Assembly: GCF_009914755.1 (NCBI RefSeq)
Contig: NC_060930.1
Length of the DNA: 64,000 nt
Strand: one strand, 5' to 3'
Origin: the human T2T-CHM13v2.0 reference genome, Homo sapiens
This document shows positions 15,859 to 30,620 of the stretch, in pieces. Position 1 is the stretch's first letter; every line of letters begins with the position of its first letter. The notes beneath the pieces are model-generated. The model saw only the letters and a program-made list of their open reading frames with translations, was not told where the DNA came from and did no database searches. A program made the position numbers and the translations under genes.

Positions 15859-17509
15859 ATCACCTGTTATGCATTCAGTAGGCCACATTAAAGTCCCTAA
15901 AATTATAAATCTTAAGTAGTTGTTGATTGCCTGTAGGCTTTTGCCTATTTAATTTTGTGATAGTATTTCCCTCTCACCCCAGCTGGCTCAAAGAATATGA
16001 CTAATATGTCAAATTTCTCTGCCTAAGAATAACCTTTCCTCTGGTTCATGTGAGACAAGGGGCCCAAAGGGCCTGAGCTCACGGGGAACAAGTCGAGGAA
16101 CAAACCTATGACTCAATGTCACTAGTTTTCATGTTACTTTCCCTAGTTTTACACCCCTTTTATTGTTATCACTTACAGATCCTATAAACTGTGAGTTAAA
16201 AAGTATTTTAAAAAAATCTATGTCAGGGGATAATTTGACACCTCATGTATGATTTCTCCTCTGTAGTCAAACTATCCCTGACTTGGATTTTTTTTCTCTT
16301 TTATTTAAGTTAAATTAGAACAAAGATTTTGGCCAATTTTTTGAAAGTGAAATCTTAACATGGTGGAAACTACACTAAGCAAAAATTCTTAATCTGTTAT
16401 TCAGCCCCAGCTCTGGTATGTGCTAAATGTATGATCCTGGAGAAATTGGCTTTCTAGAGTCAGCTTCCAAATATATAAACTGCTATACAAAGGTAAGTTA
16501 TTCTCATTATCTCTTATTCCTATCTACTTTCAAATGTAAATGAATTCCAACTATAGTAGGGTCTTGAGTCCTGAATATAGATTCTAACAGACTTAAGATT
16601 TGGGGCATAATCTTAACTGATTAAAAAAAAATATTTTTAAAAGTCTAATATTTATTTTAATTCATTTTGCAGTTTAATTAACATCTATGGCGTTTTCACG
16701 TCCAGTTTTGCTTATAGATACTGCCAACAGTGTTTCCTTATCCATAGAAAATATCGTGTTGATATTTTTGGAAAAAAAGGAATGAGATCCCTAAAATTTC
16801 TTTGAGGAGTTAATGGAACAGCTATCTCACAGTGCAACTATGTCCGACGAATAAAAACAGTTTGTTAATCTAAAAAGATATTTATTATCTCTCCTAAAAA
16901 TGGATGAACAACTGGTTTGTAACTACCAGTGAAAACCAAACTTGGACCATTTCAATTGAAATGATTTTTTATGCATGAATGTAAGTAATGTAAAAATTGA
17001 TTTTTGTACAATTGAGATATTAAATGTTATTAAGTATCACTAACATTGTCAAATTGTAGAAGTTAAAAACTGATGGTAAGCAGTGACATAAAATATTGTT
17101 GGTCCAAAATTATATAAGATCCACCATAGAAATGAAAAGGACGATTATAAGCTAGTGACTAATATCATAAAATCATTTTGTACAAGGTATGAAATTATTT
17201 AAAACATCACTTCCATTTTATTGGGTAAAGGAAATCATAATGCGGAAGTTTATGGGTGCATTTGAATTTGAATTATTGCTACTCTATATAACTGTTCCTG
17301 CCATTTCTGCCTAAAAACATCTAATGTGGTAATCTTCATGTACAAAAATTTATGTCAAAATCATAGAAAATAGTGCAAGGAGAGTCCGTTTTGACAGTCT
17401 GGTATTGTTCAGTAGTCTATGCACTTTCTCAGCAGTCAATTGCTTCTCTAAATACTTTTAAATTTATCTTTAATATGTACCGCCATAACATGGGGACACT
17501 ATTATTATT

Positions 17510-18900
17510 TTTTAATTAGTGAAGCATAATTTTTATATTGAGAACTACACATATCTAAATACAGCTCAACAAATCTTCAAAAACTGGTGAACTGAGCACC
17601 ATATCAAGAAACAGATCGTCATTCACACATCAGAAGAATTCTTGTGATCTCTTTCAGCTACTATAGCTACTACCTAATCCAAATAAGGGTAACAAATCTG
17701 AGGACTTATTAACATCTAGGTTAGTTTTGACTATTTTGTACTTTATATAACCAAAATCATATATTGTGCACTTCTTAATGACTGACTTCTTTCATCAATA
17801 ATATCCTTGGGCACAACATATAGTTGTGTTTAGCTGTAAATCATATCACTTATTTATAGTAGTCAACTGTATAAATAAATCACATTTTACTTGTTGATTC
17901 TACTGTTGGGTGTTTCGTTAGTTTCCAGTTTGGGACTATTATAAATAGGTCTACTTAAAATATTTTAAAAATAACATTTGGTGAATATATGGAAACTTTC
18001 CTTTTGGGTGCATAAACCATATGAAATTGCTGCTTGTAAGTCGCAAACAATTGGAAATTAGCAGTTTCATAGGATTTAATCTAATGTACAGTATTAGACA
18101 GTTGGGCTACATTGTACACATATTTTTTGTTGAGTAGATACTGCAAAAGAGTTTGCTAAAATTGCTGTATCAGTTTATCCACCTGCCAACAGTTTATTAT
18201 TGTTGGGCTTTGCCACAATCTTTCAAATTTGGTATATATTCCTTTGTAAAAAATTTTAATTATTCTGACAGATTTGTAATTACATATCATTATAGCTTAA
18301 ATTTTATTTCACTAATAAAATTAAGGCCCTTTTTTATAAAATTGACAATTTGGATATCTTTTTTGTAAAATATGTTAAGTTCTTTGTCAAATTTTTTTTA
18401 GTTTTCTCCTTTTCATTTGAATTTGAATTTCTGGTGGGTGCGTGTGTGTGTGTGTGTGTTTGTGTGTGTATGTATTCTTAATCCAATGAGTGCCTTGTCA
18501 GATATATGCATTAGGAATGTCTTCTACAACCGTATTGGTTACTTTTTCCGTTGCTGAATGGTATTTTCTGCTGAACAGAATTGCCTACATTTAATATAGT
18601 CTGATTTGTCAATTACTTTTGTTTTATATTTAGTCTTAATGGGCCTGATTTAAGAAACCTTTGCCTATTCAAAAGTATCCAAGATGTTCTATTTATTCTT
18701 CCAATAGCTCTAGTTTCATGTCTTTCACATTTAGATTTTGATTCATGTGCAATAAATTTTTTAGTATGAAGCAATGTGGGGGCCAATATACATTTTTCCT
18801 TATGGGTATCTACAATCCTTTATTGAAAAGTTAATACTTTTCCTGCTGAATTGCAGTTTTGTCTTTGTCATAAGTCTGATTATATACATATCCACATTTG
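17510..18900 (-). mobile_element. Ancient L1 (L1ME/L1MD-type) 3' part; contains (TG)n at ~18438-18472
   Basis: Diverged antisense L1M motifs (TTTCCAGTTTGGGACTATTATAAATAG; CCTTGTCAGATATATGCATT; TTTCACATTTAGAT). Confidence 0.7.
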
Positions 18901-19148
18901 TTTCCAGACTACCAGCAACATTCTTTTAAATGTCATAAATGATAGCAAGACTTCATTCATGGGGGTAGACTTGGGGTTTGTAAAAAGTCAAACTTTATTT
19001 GAACCTGTGTCTAGGAATGCTACCTATGAGCAAACTGGACAAAAATTAAAAATGAGAAAATATTTAAATTGCCAGATTAATTTCTTGTGTGGCATATAAA
19101 CTTCTCAAGTCATTTTCAACTGAAGAGTTTCAAAAATAGTCAAGCAGT

Positions 19149-19335
19149 GATGGGCACTTCGGGGGTTGTGTGGTGCAAGGGGAGGGAGAGCATTAGGACA
19201 AATACCTAATGCATACGAGGCTTAAAAGCTAGATGATGGGTTGATGGGTGCAGCAAACCACCATGGCACATGTATACCTATGTAACAAACCTGCACATTC
19301 TGCACATGTATCCTAGACCTTAAAGTATAATTAAA
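19149..19335 (+). mobile_element. Short L1PA7/8-like 3'UTR fragment
   Basis: GAGAGCATTAGGACAAATACCTAATGCAT...; perfect 17-bp TSD AAAAATAGTCAAGCAGT at 19132-19148 and 19336-19352. Confidence 0.92.
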
Positions 19336-21264
19336 AAAAATAGTCAAGCAGTATAACTGTCACTGAACTAGCATGCAAAAATAACACTACTAAAAACACT
19401 AGATGTTTGTTCAGATAACTCTGTATTTTGTATCTCTATCTTCCAAACAACACTAAAGAATCTTTGATCACTGTCCTTTTTACATTTTTAGTAATTTAAA
19501 CAATACATAAACAAATAAACGTGACATTTTTTAAAACAGTTTCAAAGCAATCATATAAACAGATAATTCTGCATTCATTGATGTATTTCCAAATATTGCC
19601 ATATATATTGGCTGATTTAAGCCTTGGAGACTTCTTACTATAAAATGTGTGTAATTTACTTATGTATTTTATTTAACTCAAACTTGACTAGATTTTACTT
19701 AATATTTTCTTTCCTATTAGCTTCTTTCTCTCTCTTCAACTTTTATTTTTATTTCCACATTCTCATCTGAAGCTCTATCTGGTTGCCATCAGCAGCAGTA
19801 AATAAAAATTTAGATTGGCTTAACCTCAGAGTTAACTTTTAAAAATATTTGAGGTTTTTAGAATCTTATGTTTTGTGAAAATTATAGGAAAATAGCTGGT
19901 TAAAATGTTAGACTACATCATCAAGTATAAGAGGGAGAAACAAGAAAATAAGCAGGATATATTTCATGTTTTTAAAATTTGTGTTGAAGACCTGAGTTGC
20001 AAGTTGCATGAAAAGTTTCCCTGTTTTTCCCTACTCTCTGACTTTCAAAACCTTTTCTACATTTCTTGAAAGTCTCAACAAATCTTATTTTTGAACTGAG
20101 ATATTGAAAACAATTATTTACAAATATAAGTTATTAGACAGACAAATATATTTATATCCATTTATTTACCAGATTCCAACTTTCTTAATTCTATAGAAGG
20201 GTCTAGAACACTCAGCGGGTTCAACAAGGAAAATGTCCATACATAATAAAGAGGAATATTTATGAGAATGAGACAGCATGTGGTCATGATGGGGCCCTTC
20301 AGTGAAGAACCTGGCTGGGTTGGAGGAGAAAGTGTAGTTTGAGGACCCTGAAGAGTTGATGAGTGTGGCAACAAAAGAAAAGAAGACACTCAGACAGGCA
20401 AAAGAAAATGCTTGCTACATGTACATCTCTTTTTCCACTTGGCTTAAATTCTGTTCTGCCTCCTAGAGGGGTGGAGAGCTTCCTTATATACTTGGGGAGG
20501 CAAAAAGAGGTCATTTGTCTCTCCTTCAGGTATGAAGGATCCTTCTGTATTTGGTACAGATGGGAACACAGAAGTGATCACAGTGCTTGTTTGACACTCT
20601 GTGGTGATTTTCAACAGCTTTATATAAAGAATAAAACCCAATAGAGTTACAGTATAACATCAAGAACTTTTTTTTCTTTGCATAAGCTGCACTAAATACT
20701 TATGCTCAACAGAAAACACCATTAAACAATTGAAAAGCAACTTATACAACTGGAGAAGACATCTTTAATACATATTTCTGACAAAGCTCTTAGTGTATTT
20801 GGAATGCACATGTAAGTGTCCTCAGCTGTTAATATGCAACATGAGTGAAAAGTAAATATTTGTTGTTGAAAGTCAATGAAATTATAAAGTTGTTCCTTAG
20901 TTACCATGAGAAATGGTGGGCTATGGATACATCCAGAAAGAATCCTATTGAAAATTAGCTTTATTCATTATTTCAGTACTTTCTCTCATACCAAAGATGG
21001 AGAGCATAATTCCACCTTCCAACCCCAAAGTGAAAAAAGTCTCTTTTCTTCAAACTAGCCACTCTCACATCTAGTCTTAACTTGCAGAGTCACTGGAAGT
21101 GGTCCACAGGCTCCAAAATGAGATGAACATTAATAGTTCTCTGAACATACTGAGATCGAAGAGTAAAGTAGGTCACTTGAAACTGAATGTCTTTATAACT
21201 ATTTGCGTCACTTCAATGGCTATAATATTCTACAGAAGTCATGAGTGTTTAATTTAAAAAATAT

Positions 21265-23195
21265 ATAATACTTTATTTTTTACAACAGTTTCAGATTTAC
21301 AGAAAAATTGAGCAGATGGTACAGATGGTTCCTATACACCACTGTGTAGTTTCCTCTATTATTCCTCTACTATTAATATTATACTTTTGTTGTAACGAAT
21401 GCACTGATATTGATACATTTTTATTAACCAAGGCTTATGCTTTCTCAGATTACCTTAGTTTTTGTGATAAAATTATCCCTGTGGCTGGGTAATTTGTAAA
21501 GAAAGGAGGTTCATTTGGCTCACAGATCTGCTAACTGAAAGATTGGACATCTGGTGAAAGCCTCACGCTTACTTCCCCTCATGGTGCAAGGCAAAAAGGA
21601 ACTGGCATGTGCAGAGATCACCTGGTGAGACAGGAATCCCAAGAGAGAGGGAGGGAAGAGATGCCAGGCTGTTTTTAACAATCAGCTCTCTCAGGAACTA
21701 AAATAATCCTAGAAGAGTGGGAACTCACTCGTTACCATGAGGATGGCACCAAGGCATTTGTAAGAGATCTGCTGCCATGACCCACATACTTCTCATCGGG
21801 CCCCACCTCTAATGCTGGGGATCAAATTTTAACATGTGGCTTGGTGGGACAAAAATTCAAACTATAGCATCAACTATTGTCCTTTTTTCTGTTCCGGAAA
21901 TTCCTCTATAATAGATACCACATTATATTTAGTAGGCATGTCTCCTTAGCCTCTTCTTTACTGTGACAGTTTTGTTGACTTCCCTTGTTTTAGATGAAGC
22001 TTGATGTTTTTGAGGAACAATGGTCAGAAGTATTGCAATATGACTTTTAAAATTTTTCGAATATTTTTCTCCTAAATATACCAGGGTTATGAGTTTTGGG
22101 GAAGAAGGTCACACATGTAAACTGCCACTCTCATAAAATCATATTAAGTATATGCCCTAAGATGATTTATGACTATTGATGTTGACATTGATTATCTGGC
22201 TAAAGTAGTGTTTATCAAGTTTTTCTACTGTAGACTTAATATTTTTACCCTTTTTATACTGTACTCTTTGGAGGGAAGACATTATGCGCAGCACACACTT
22301 AAGGAGCAAGGATTTAAGCTCCACCTTTTTAGGGTGAAGTGTCTACATAGTTTATTTGAAATTCTTCTGCATGGGCTGTCTCCGTTTTCCCATTTATTAG
22401 TTTATTCAATCATGTATTTATATAAGTATAGACATATATTATCTATATAAATATCTCATGGATATCTATTTTATACTTTGGGCTATGATCCAATACATAA
22501 TCCTTACTTATATTCTTGCTTAAATGGTTCCAGCTTTGGCCATTGGGAGCTCTTTCAGTTGGCTTCTGTGTCTTTTTGAAATATCCTGTTATTATGTTTT
22601 CTAGAGTTTAAAAAACATTGCTTACGTTGTTGTTGTTTCTGTTTGTTTGCTTTTAGAATTCCTTACTTTCTGGCACTATAAGATGCTTCAGGTTCATTTT
22701 GCAGATTTTTTGATCTCCCTCTCCAGCCTTAGAATCAGTATTTCTTCAAGGAGACTTGGCTCCATGTAATAGCATCAAACATCAAAGTCTGAGTGATAGA
22801 TGCACTCATTGCTACTGGGGTCTCATTTATTTTAGACCTCTCATCTGTCAGAGCAAAGAAATATATGTGTGAATACTAACCATTTGTATACACATTTTAA
22901 TAAATATTTATCTACACAACCAACTTGATTTATATTGTTACATAAGAGTTTTTAATATTGTCAAAAGCTGTAATTCATTACAGTATTGATCAATTAAATT
23001 TCTCTTCTTGCTTATCTGTAGATCCCCACTTCAACAGTGAGAAGCCTGGTTTCCATCAATTGTCATGTATTTACTTAATTTTTCAATTCCTGTTTCTGTG
23101 TACACTGTTATCAGAATTCTTAATCCTTTCCCTAGTGGTAAAGAATGTTACCAACTAGAGTACAGAAATACGTGTAGTTATTTTGCTTTTAGTCT
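21265..23195 (-). mobile_element. L1MC/L1MD-type 3' region (interrupted by an MST LTR)
   Basis: CAGTTTCAGATTTACAGAAAAATTGAGCAGATGGTACAG start; CCAGCTTTGGCCATTGGGAGCTCTTTCAGTTGGC and other L1MC 3'UTR motifs. Confidence 0.75.
21458..21869 (-). mobile_element. MSTB/MSTB1 MaLR solo LTR
   Basis: CTGGGTAATTTGTAAAGAAA...TTTGGCTCACAG...GCAGAGATCACCTGGTGAGA...GCCCCACCTC...AAACTATAGCA. Strand assignment is the least certain part. Confidence 0.85.
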
Positions 23196-23199
23196 TTTA

Positions 23200-23400
23200 A
23201 AATAAATTTAATTTTTAATTTTTATGGGTACATAATAATTGTATTTATTTATGGGGTAAATGTGATGTTTTGATACAGGCATACGATGTGTAATGATCAA
23301 ATCAGAATAATTAAAGTATCCATTACCTCAAACGCTTATAATTTCTTTCTGTTAGTAACATTCAAATTCCATTCATTTCATTATTTAAAAATACATAAGA
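23200..23400 (-). mobile_element. L1MA 3' end fragment
   Basis: TTTATGGGGTAAATGTGATGTTTTGATACAGGCATAC...TGTAATGATCAAATCAG. Confidence 0.8.
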
Positions 23401-23419
23401 TTTTACCCATACCCTATTC

Positions 23420-26074
23420 CAGATAGAGTCGCCCTGGTTTCAACACCTCTGACAAAACTAAGATATGTGCTCTGAGAAATCACTCCTGCTTGCTGCTTGG
23501 CACCTAGAGAAGGCACCTAGACCTGCATCCACCAACACTCCCCACCCAGTAAGACCATGCACACAGTCACCAGCAGGGACCCCTGCCAACTGTGTTGCCT
23601 CCACCATTGTGGTGAACCCCCACAGGGAGGCCAGCACTGTGGCACCTGCTAGCACTCTGCCACAACTGCCATATCTCAGGCACCACCAAGGCAGTGGATT
23701 CCTAATCTTAAGAAGCCAGAGAACAAAGTCATGCCCAATACAAGTCCCCCAGAGTTAGAGCATACAGTCCAGGAGTTGGGAGTTCAGTGCTGGCCACCTA
23801 AAATCTTCTAGAAACAAAGCAAATTGGCTGAATCCACCTTATAACAGAAGCAAACCCTCAAGTTCATCAAATGAGATTAAAAAAATTCATCCAAAAGTCA
23901 GAAACCTCAATGATCGAAGGTAGATAAGCCCACAAAGTTGAGAAAAAATCAGCACAAGAACCCTGAAAACTAAAAAAGCCAGAGTGTCTTTTTTTTTCTC
24001 CAAATGAGAGCATCACCTCTTCAGGAAGGGTTCTGAACCAGACTGACATGGCTAACATGAAAGAAATAGAATTCAGAATATAGATAGGAACAAAGATCAT
24101 CGAGGTACAGGAGTGCATTGAAACTCAATCCATGGAAGCTAAAAATCATGATAAAACAGTGCAGGAGCTGACAAACAAAATAACCAGGGTAGAAAAGAAT
24201 ATAACCACTCTGATAGACCAGAAAAACACACTACAAGAATTTCATAATACAATCATAAATATTAACAGCAGAATAGACCAAGTTGAAGAAAGAATATTAG
24301 AGCTTGGAGACTGGCTTTCTGAAATAAGACAGTTGGGAAATAATAGAGAAAAAAGAATAAAAAGCAATGAACAAAGCCTCTGGGAAATATGGGATTATGT
24401 AAGAAGACAAAATCTATGGCTCGTTGATGTCCCTGAAAGAGATAGGGAGAATGGAACCAACTTGAAAAACATATTTCAGAATATCATTCATTAGAATTTC
24501 CCCAACCTAGCTAGAGGCCAGCATTCAAGTTCAGGAAATGCAGAGAACCTCAGTAAGATAGTCCACAAAAAGATCATCCCAAAGACACATAATCATCAGA
24601 ATCTCCAAGGTCAAAATGAAAAAAAAAAATTGTTAAAGGCAGCTAGAGAGAAAAGACTAACAGCAGACATCTCCTTAGAAACCCTACAAGGCAGAAGAGA
24701 TAGGGGGACAATATTCAGCATTCTTAAAGGAAAGAAATTCCAGCATAGAATGTCATATCTAGCCAAACTAGGCTTCATAAGCAAAGGAGAAATAAGATCC
24801 TTTTCAGACAAGTAAATGCTGAGGGAATTTGTTACCACCAGACTTGCCTTATGAGAGTTCCTGAAGGAAGCACTAAATATGGGAAGAAAAGACTACTACC
24901 AGTTCCTAAAAAAACACACCTAAGTACACAGACAAGCGACCACTGTAAAACAACCACATAAACAAGTCAGCAAAATAACCATGTAAACATCATTATGACA
25001 AGATCAAATCCACACATATCAATACTAACCTTATATGTAAATGGGCTAAATACCCCACTTAAAAGACACAGAGTGACAACCTGGATAAAGAAACAAGACC
25101 CTTTGGTATACTGTCTTCAAGAGACCCATTTCACACCCATAGGCAAAAAACAAACAAACAAAAAATCAAAAACAAAAACAAAAACAAAAAAAAACAAGGG
25201 ATGGAGAAAAATCTACCAAGCAAATGGAAAACAGAAAAACAGCCGGGGTTGTAATCCTAGTTTCTGACAAAACAGACTTTTAACCAACAAGGATCAAAAA
25301 AGATAAAGAAGGGCATAACAGAGTGGTAAAGAGTTCAATTCAACAAGTAGATGTAACTACCCAAAATATATATGCACCCAAAACAGGAGCACCCAGATTG
25401 ATAAAACAAGTTCTTAGAGACCTTCAAAGGGACTTAGACTTCTTCACAATAATAGTGGGAGATTTTAACATCCCACTGACAATATCAGACAGGTCATCAA
25501 GATAGAAAATTAATGAAGATCTTCAGAACCAGAAGTTAGCACTGGATCAAATGAACATGATAGATATCTACAGGACTCTCCACCCAAAACCAACAGAAGA
25601 TATATTCTTTTCATTGCCATATGGCATATAGTCTGAAATTGATCACATACTTAGAAGTAAAACCTTCCTTAGCAAATGCAAAAGAACTGAAATCATAACA
25701 AACAATCTCTCGAACCACAGCACAATCAAATTAGAAATCAAGACTAAGAAATACATTCAAAACCATACAATTACCTGAAAATTGAATAACCTGCTCCTAA
25801 ATGACCTTAGAATAAATACTGAAATTAAGGAGGAAATCAAGAAGTTCTCCAAAACTAATGAGAACAAAGATAAAACACACCAGAATCTCTGCGACACAGC
25901 TAAGGCACTGTTAAGAAGGAAATTTATAGCACTAAATATTCACAGTAAAAACTTAGAAAGATGTCAAGTTAACCTAACATCACAACTAAAAGAAGTAGAG
26001 AACCAAGAGCAAACAAATTCCAAAGCTAGAAGGCAAGAAATAACCAAAATCAGAGCTGAACTGAAGGAGATTGA

Positions 26075-26121
<47 letters not shown>

Positions 26122-28773
26122 CATTCAAAAGATCAACAAATTCAGGAGCTGGTTTGTTGAAAGAAATTAATAAAATAGATAGACCATTAGTTAGACTAAT
26201 AAAGAAGAAAATGGAATATTCAAACAAATACCATCAGAAATGACAGGGAATATTACCACTGACCAGTCAGAAATACAAACAACCATCAGAAAATATTATG
26301 ACAACTCTATGCACATAAACTAGAAAATCTAGAAGAAATGGTTACATTCCTGGACACATACACGCTCCTAAGACTGAACCAGGAAGATATTGAATCCCTG
26401 AACAGCCCAATAACGAGCTCTGAAATTGAGTCAGCAATAAATAGCTTACCAGCCAAAATAAGCCCAGGACCAAATGGATTCATAGCTGATTTCTACCAGA
26501 TGTACAAAGAAGAGCTGGTATCATTCTTGTTGAAACTATTTCAAAATCCTGAGTAGGGATGCCTCCCTAACTCATTCTAGGAGGCCAGCATTATCCTGAT
26601 ACCAAAACCTGGCAGAGACACAACAAAAGAAGAAAACTTCACATCAATGTTTTTGATGAACATTGATGCAAAAATCCTCAACAAAATACTGGCAAAGTAA
26701 ATCCAGCAACACATCAAAAAGCTTATCCACCACAATCAAGTAGGTTTTATCTTTGAGATACAAGATTAGTTCAACATAAACAAATCAATAAACTTGATTC
26801 CTCATGTGAACAGAACTATAGACAAAAGTCACATGATTATCTCAACAGATGCAGAAAAGACTTTTGATAAAATTAAACACCGCTTCATGTTAAAAAAACT
26901 CTCAACAAAATAGGTACTGAAGGAACATCCCTCAAAATAATAAGAGCCATCTATGAGAAAACCACAGCCGGCATCATACTGAATTGGCAAAAGCTGGAAG
27001 CATTCTACTTGAAAGTCAGCACAAAACAAGGAAGCCCTCTTTCACCACTTTTATTCAACATAGTATTGGAAGTACTGCCTAGGGTAATCAGACAAGAGAA
27101 ACAAATAAAGGAGATGCATATAGGAAAAGAGAAAGTCAAATTATCTCTGTGTGCAGATGACATGATTAGATATCTGGAAAATCCCATAGTATCAGCCCAA
27201 AAGCTCCTTAAACTGATAAACAATTTCAGCAAAGTCTTAGGATACAAAATTAATGTGTGAAAGTCACCAGCATTCCTATACACCAACAACAGTCAAGCTG
27301 AGAGCCAAATCAGGAACACAATCCCATTTACAATTGACACAAGAAAGAATAAAATACCTAGGAAAGCAGCTAATCTGGGGCATGAAAGATTTCTACAAGC
27401 TGAACTACAAAACACTCCTCAAAGAAATCAGAGATGACACAAACAAACAGAAAAACTTCCATGCTCATGCCTAGAAAAAGTCAATATTGCTAAAATGGCC
27501 ATACTACACAAAACAATTTGTAGATTCAGTTCTTTTTCTATTAAACTACCATTGACATTCTTCACAGAACTAGAGAAAATTTAATAATCATATGGAACCA
27601 AAAACGAAATAGCCAAGGCAATCCTACACAAAGAGAAAAAAGCTGAAGGCATCACACTACCTCCCTTAAACTATACTACAGGGCTACAGTAACCAAAACA
27701 GCATGATACTGGTACAAAAAAAGACACACAGACCAAGGAACAGAATAGAGAACCCAGAAATAAGATTGCACACCTACAACTATCTGATCTTTAATAAACC
27801 TGACAAAAACAAGCAATGAGGAAACGATATCCTATTAAATAAATGGAGCTAGAATAACTGACTAGATATGTGCAGAAGATTGAAACTGGACCCCTTCCTT
27901 ACACCATATACAAAAATTAACTTAAAATGGATTAAAGACTTAAATGTAGAACCCAAAACCGTAAAACCCAAATCCATAAAACCCCTAGAAGATAATCTAG
28001 GCAATACCACTCAGGACATAGGAACAGGCAAAGATTTCATGATGAAGATGCCAAAAGCAATTCTAACAAAACCAAAAACTGACAATGGAACCTAATTAAA
28101 CCAAAGAGCTTCTACACAGCAAAGGAAACTATCAACAGAGTGAACAGACAATGTACAGAATGGGAGAAAATATTTGCAAACTCTGCATCTGACAAAGGTC
28201 TGATATACAGTATCTATAGGGAACGTAAACAAATTTACTAGAAACAAACCCCATGAAAAAGTGGGCAAAGGACATGAACACATACTTTTAAAGAAGACAT
28301 AGAGGTGGCCAAGAAGCATATGAAAAAAAGCTCAGCATCACTGATCATTGGAGAAATACATACCAAAACCACAATGAGATACCATCTCACACCAGTCACA
28401 ATGGCTATTACTAAAAAGTCAAAAAATGGCAGATGCTGCTGAGGTTGCAGAGAAAAAGGAACACTGCTAACACAAGAGTATAAAACCAAACACTGCACTT
28501 TCTCACTTATAAGTGGGAGCTGAACAATGAGAACACATGGACACAGGGAGAGGAACACTGTCGGTGGGTGGGGGAAGGGAGAACATCAGGATCAATAGCT
28601 AATGCATGTGGGTCTTAATACCTAGGTGATGGGTTGATAGGTGCAGCAAATCATCACGACAGACATTTACTTATGTAACAAACCTGCACATCCTGCATGT
28701 GTATCCTGGAACTTAATATAAAATAAAATATTTTTTTAAAAAGAAACACTTATACACTGTTGGTGGGAGTGTA
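23420..28773 (+). mobile_element. Near-full-length older primate L1 (L1PA13-16/L1P4-type), ORFs disrupted, own 3'UTR missing
   Basis: 5'UTR remnant, ORF1 pieces (24132-24815) and ORF2 pieces from 24995 (MTRSNPHISILTL; LCADDMI RT motif) through the CCHC region; (CA)n expansion at 26076-26119. Confidence 0.9.
28466..28737 (+). mobile_element. Short L1PA10-13-like 3' end nested in the host L1 ORF2
   Basis: TSD AAAAAG(G/A)AACACT at 28453-28465 and 28738-28750; host ORF2 resumes with TATACACTGTTGGTGGGAGTGT. Confidence 0.82.
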
Positions 28774-28779
28774 GATAAT

Positions 28780-30620
28780 TTGACAAAATTCAGCCTGTTT
28801 TTTACTTTGTAAAATATAAATAGATGTTAAAAAATAAAATGTTTAATAATATATTCTTCAATGTAATTATTTAAGGTCTATATAAAAACAGCTGGTAGAA
28901 AATATTCTAAAAAATCTAAAGAAAAAATATTTTAGTTAAACTTAGGAGATAAACAAGTATGCCAACAAACAATATTGTTGTCAACATTGTCTTGGAGATT
29001 CCAGTGAGTACACTAAGGTAAAACATGGAATTACTATCACAAACATTGACTGCAAATAGTTAACCATCTTTGGAATGACCTTAGATGGTATATGCAGAAA
29101 ACACAATAGAATCTGTCAAACACATCCTTTTTAAAATCTACCTACTTACCTACGTCTTTATGAATAAGCATTTTATAATGGAAATTTGAAAAAAATTTTA
29201 ATCAGAATATGGACAACTATAAAATACTTAAAATTAAATTAAATAATAAAGTCATAATAATTATATATAAAAAATAAAAAAATTCTTTTAGAGAATCAAG
29301 AACAATGAATAAGTTAACTGACCAACTTAAAAACAAGCCCCAAGCACCAAGACCTGCCTTCTAAGAGCAGATTCTATTATTATAAAATTATAAATACACC
29401 AAGGCTTCCAAGGCTTAACATTATTTTTTTGACTTCCACATTGATCCACAAATTGTTTTTTTCTTACTATAAAAATACATTAAGTGTATACAGAGGAATA
29501 ATTGTCCAAGAAAAGCCCAAATATATATAAAAAATGACGACTAAGAATAAACTTGTTTGCCTGGCATAAAAACAAATTATAAAGCTTTAAGAATCAAATT
29601 GATATTTTATCAACCCTACAATAGAGGAAATTTTCTTTAAATAGAGATTACCAGAATAGATTATAATGTATATAAGACAGTAATCTGTATCTCTAAGAAT
29701 TGTATTTTAATTTAGTCAGAAAAAATATATTATGATGACACAACTGGCTATGTGTACAGAAAAAATTGATCTCAGATCCTGTATCTGTTAGAAATGCTTT
29801 TGTCCATAAATAACAGGACAAAAGTCATGCATAGGTGTTGACCTTTCTCACTTTGCAAAAAGTTTACAAGTTGATAGTCTAGGCTGAGGCAGATGCTCTA
29901 GAATGTTGTAAGCAATGGGTTTCCTTCTGGCTTTCCAACTCCAGGTTTGCTGAGGAAATTTACGTGACTACCACAATGGTTGCAAAATGGCTCCTGAAAC
30001 TCTAGTCATCCAGGGAAGATATAAAGGAAAGGTACAAAAAGAAAAAGGACTTTCCGCTAGCTATGTTTTGCCATATTTTATTAAAAAACTGTGACTCTCT
30101 AATTCTTTGATTAGAACTTTATTTTTTGGGCTGTGAGGAAAATTGCTGAAAGATAATATATTGAGCTTTCCAGCCATTATTGTAAAAACTGGCCTGAAAA
30201 AAAGTGGTTGAGCAAGGAAGTTGAATAAGAAGGTTTTCAGATTCCTAAATTACCATTAACGTATCTCATGCACAAAAAATACATATTCTAGATACATTAA
30301 ATACTTAACTATATACTATAGAAACCTACAAGCACTCTCTAAAGAGACTATATGAGCCATCTTGGTAAGAAGGAAACATTCTAAACCAAATTCTAAAACT
30401 AGAGGCTAAGAAAGAAAATAGAATTTTACCAGTGTCTATAATAAATGAAATATTTTATTTGGCAAAAATAATGTTAAGTTGATAAAAATACTATTTTGGA
30501 AAAATTGTAACGAAATTAGTGGTCAAAAGTCTAATATTCAAAATGTTCTCAAAAAAGCACTCTTACATGTTGACAAGAAAATAAATGAAGGAACCAGAGG
30601 ATAAATGAGAAAGAAACATG
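28780..30620 (+). mobile_element. Highly decayed L1M ORF2 region
   Basis: Collinear A-rich ORF2 remnants (TTTGACAAAATTC; AACATTGTCTTGGAG; ATGGTATATGCAGAAAA; AAAAGTCTAATATTC). Confidence 0.55.
29781..30240 (-). mobile_element. Old MLT1 MaLR LTR
   Basis: TGTATCTGTTAGAAATGCTTTTGTCCATAAATAACAG...AAAATGGCTCCTGAAACTCTAG, an MLT1I/J/K-like pattern. Confidence 0.45.
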
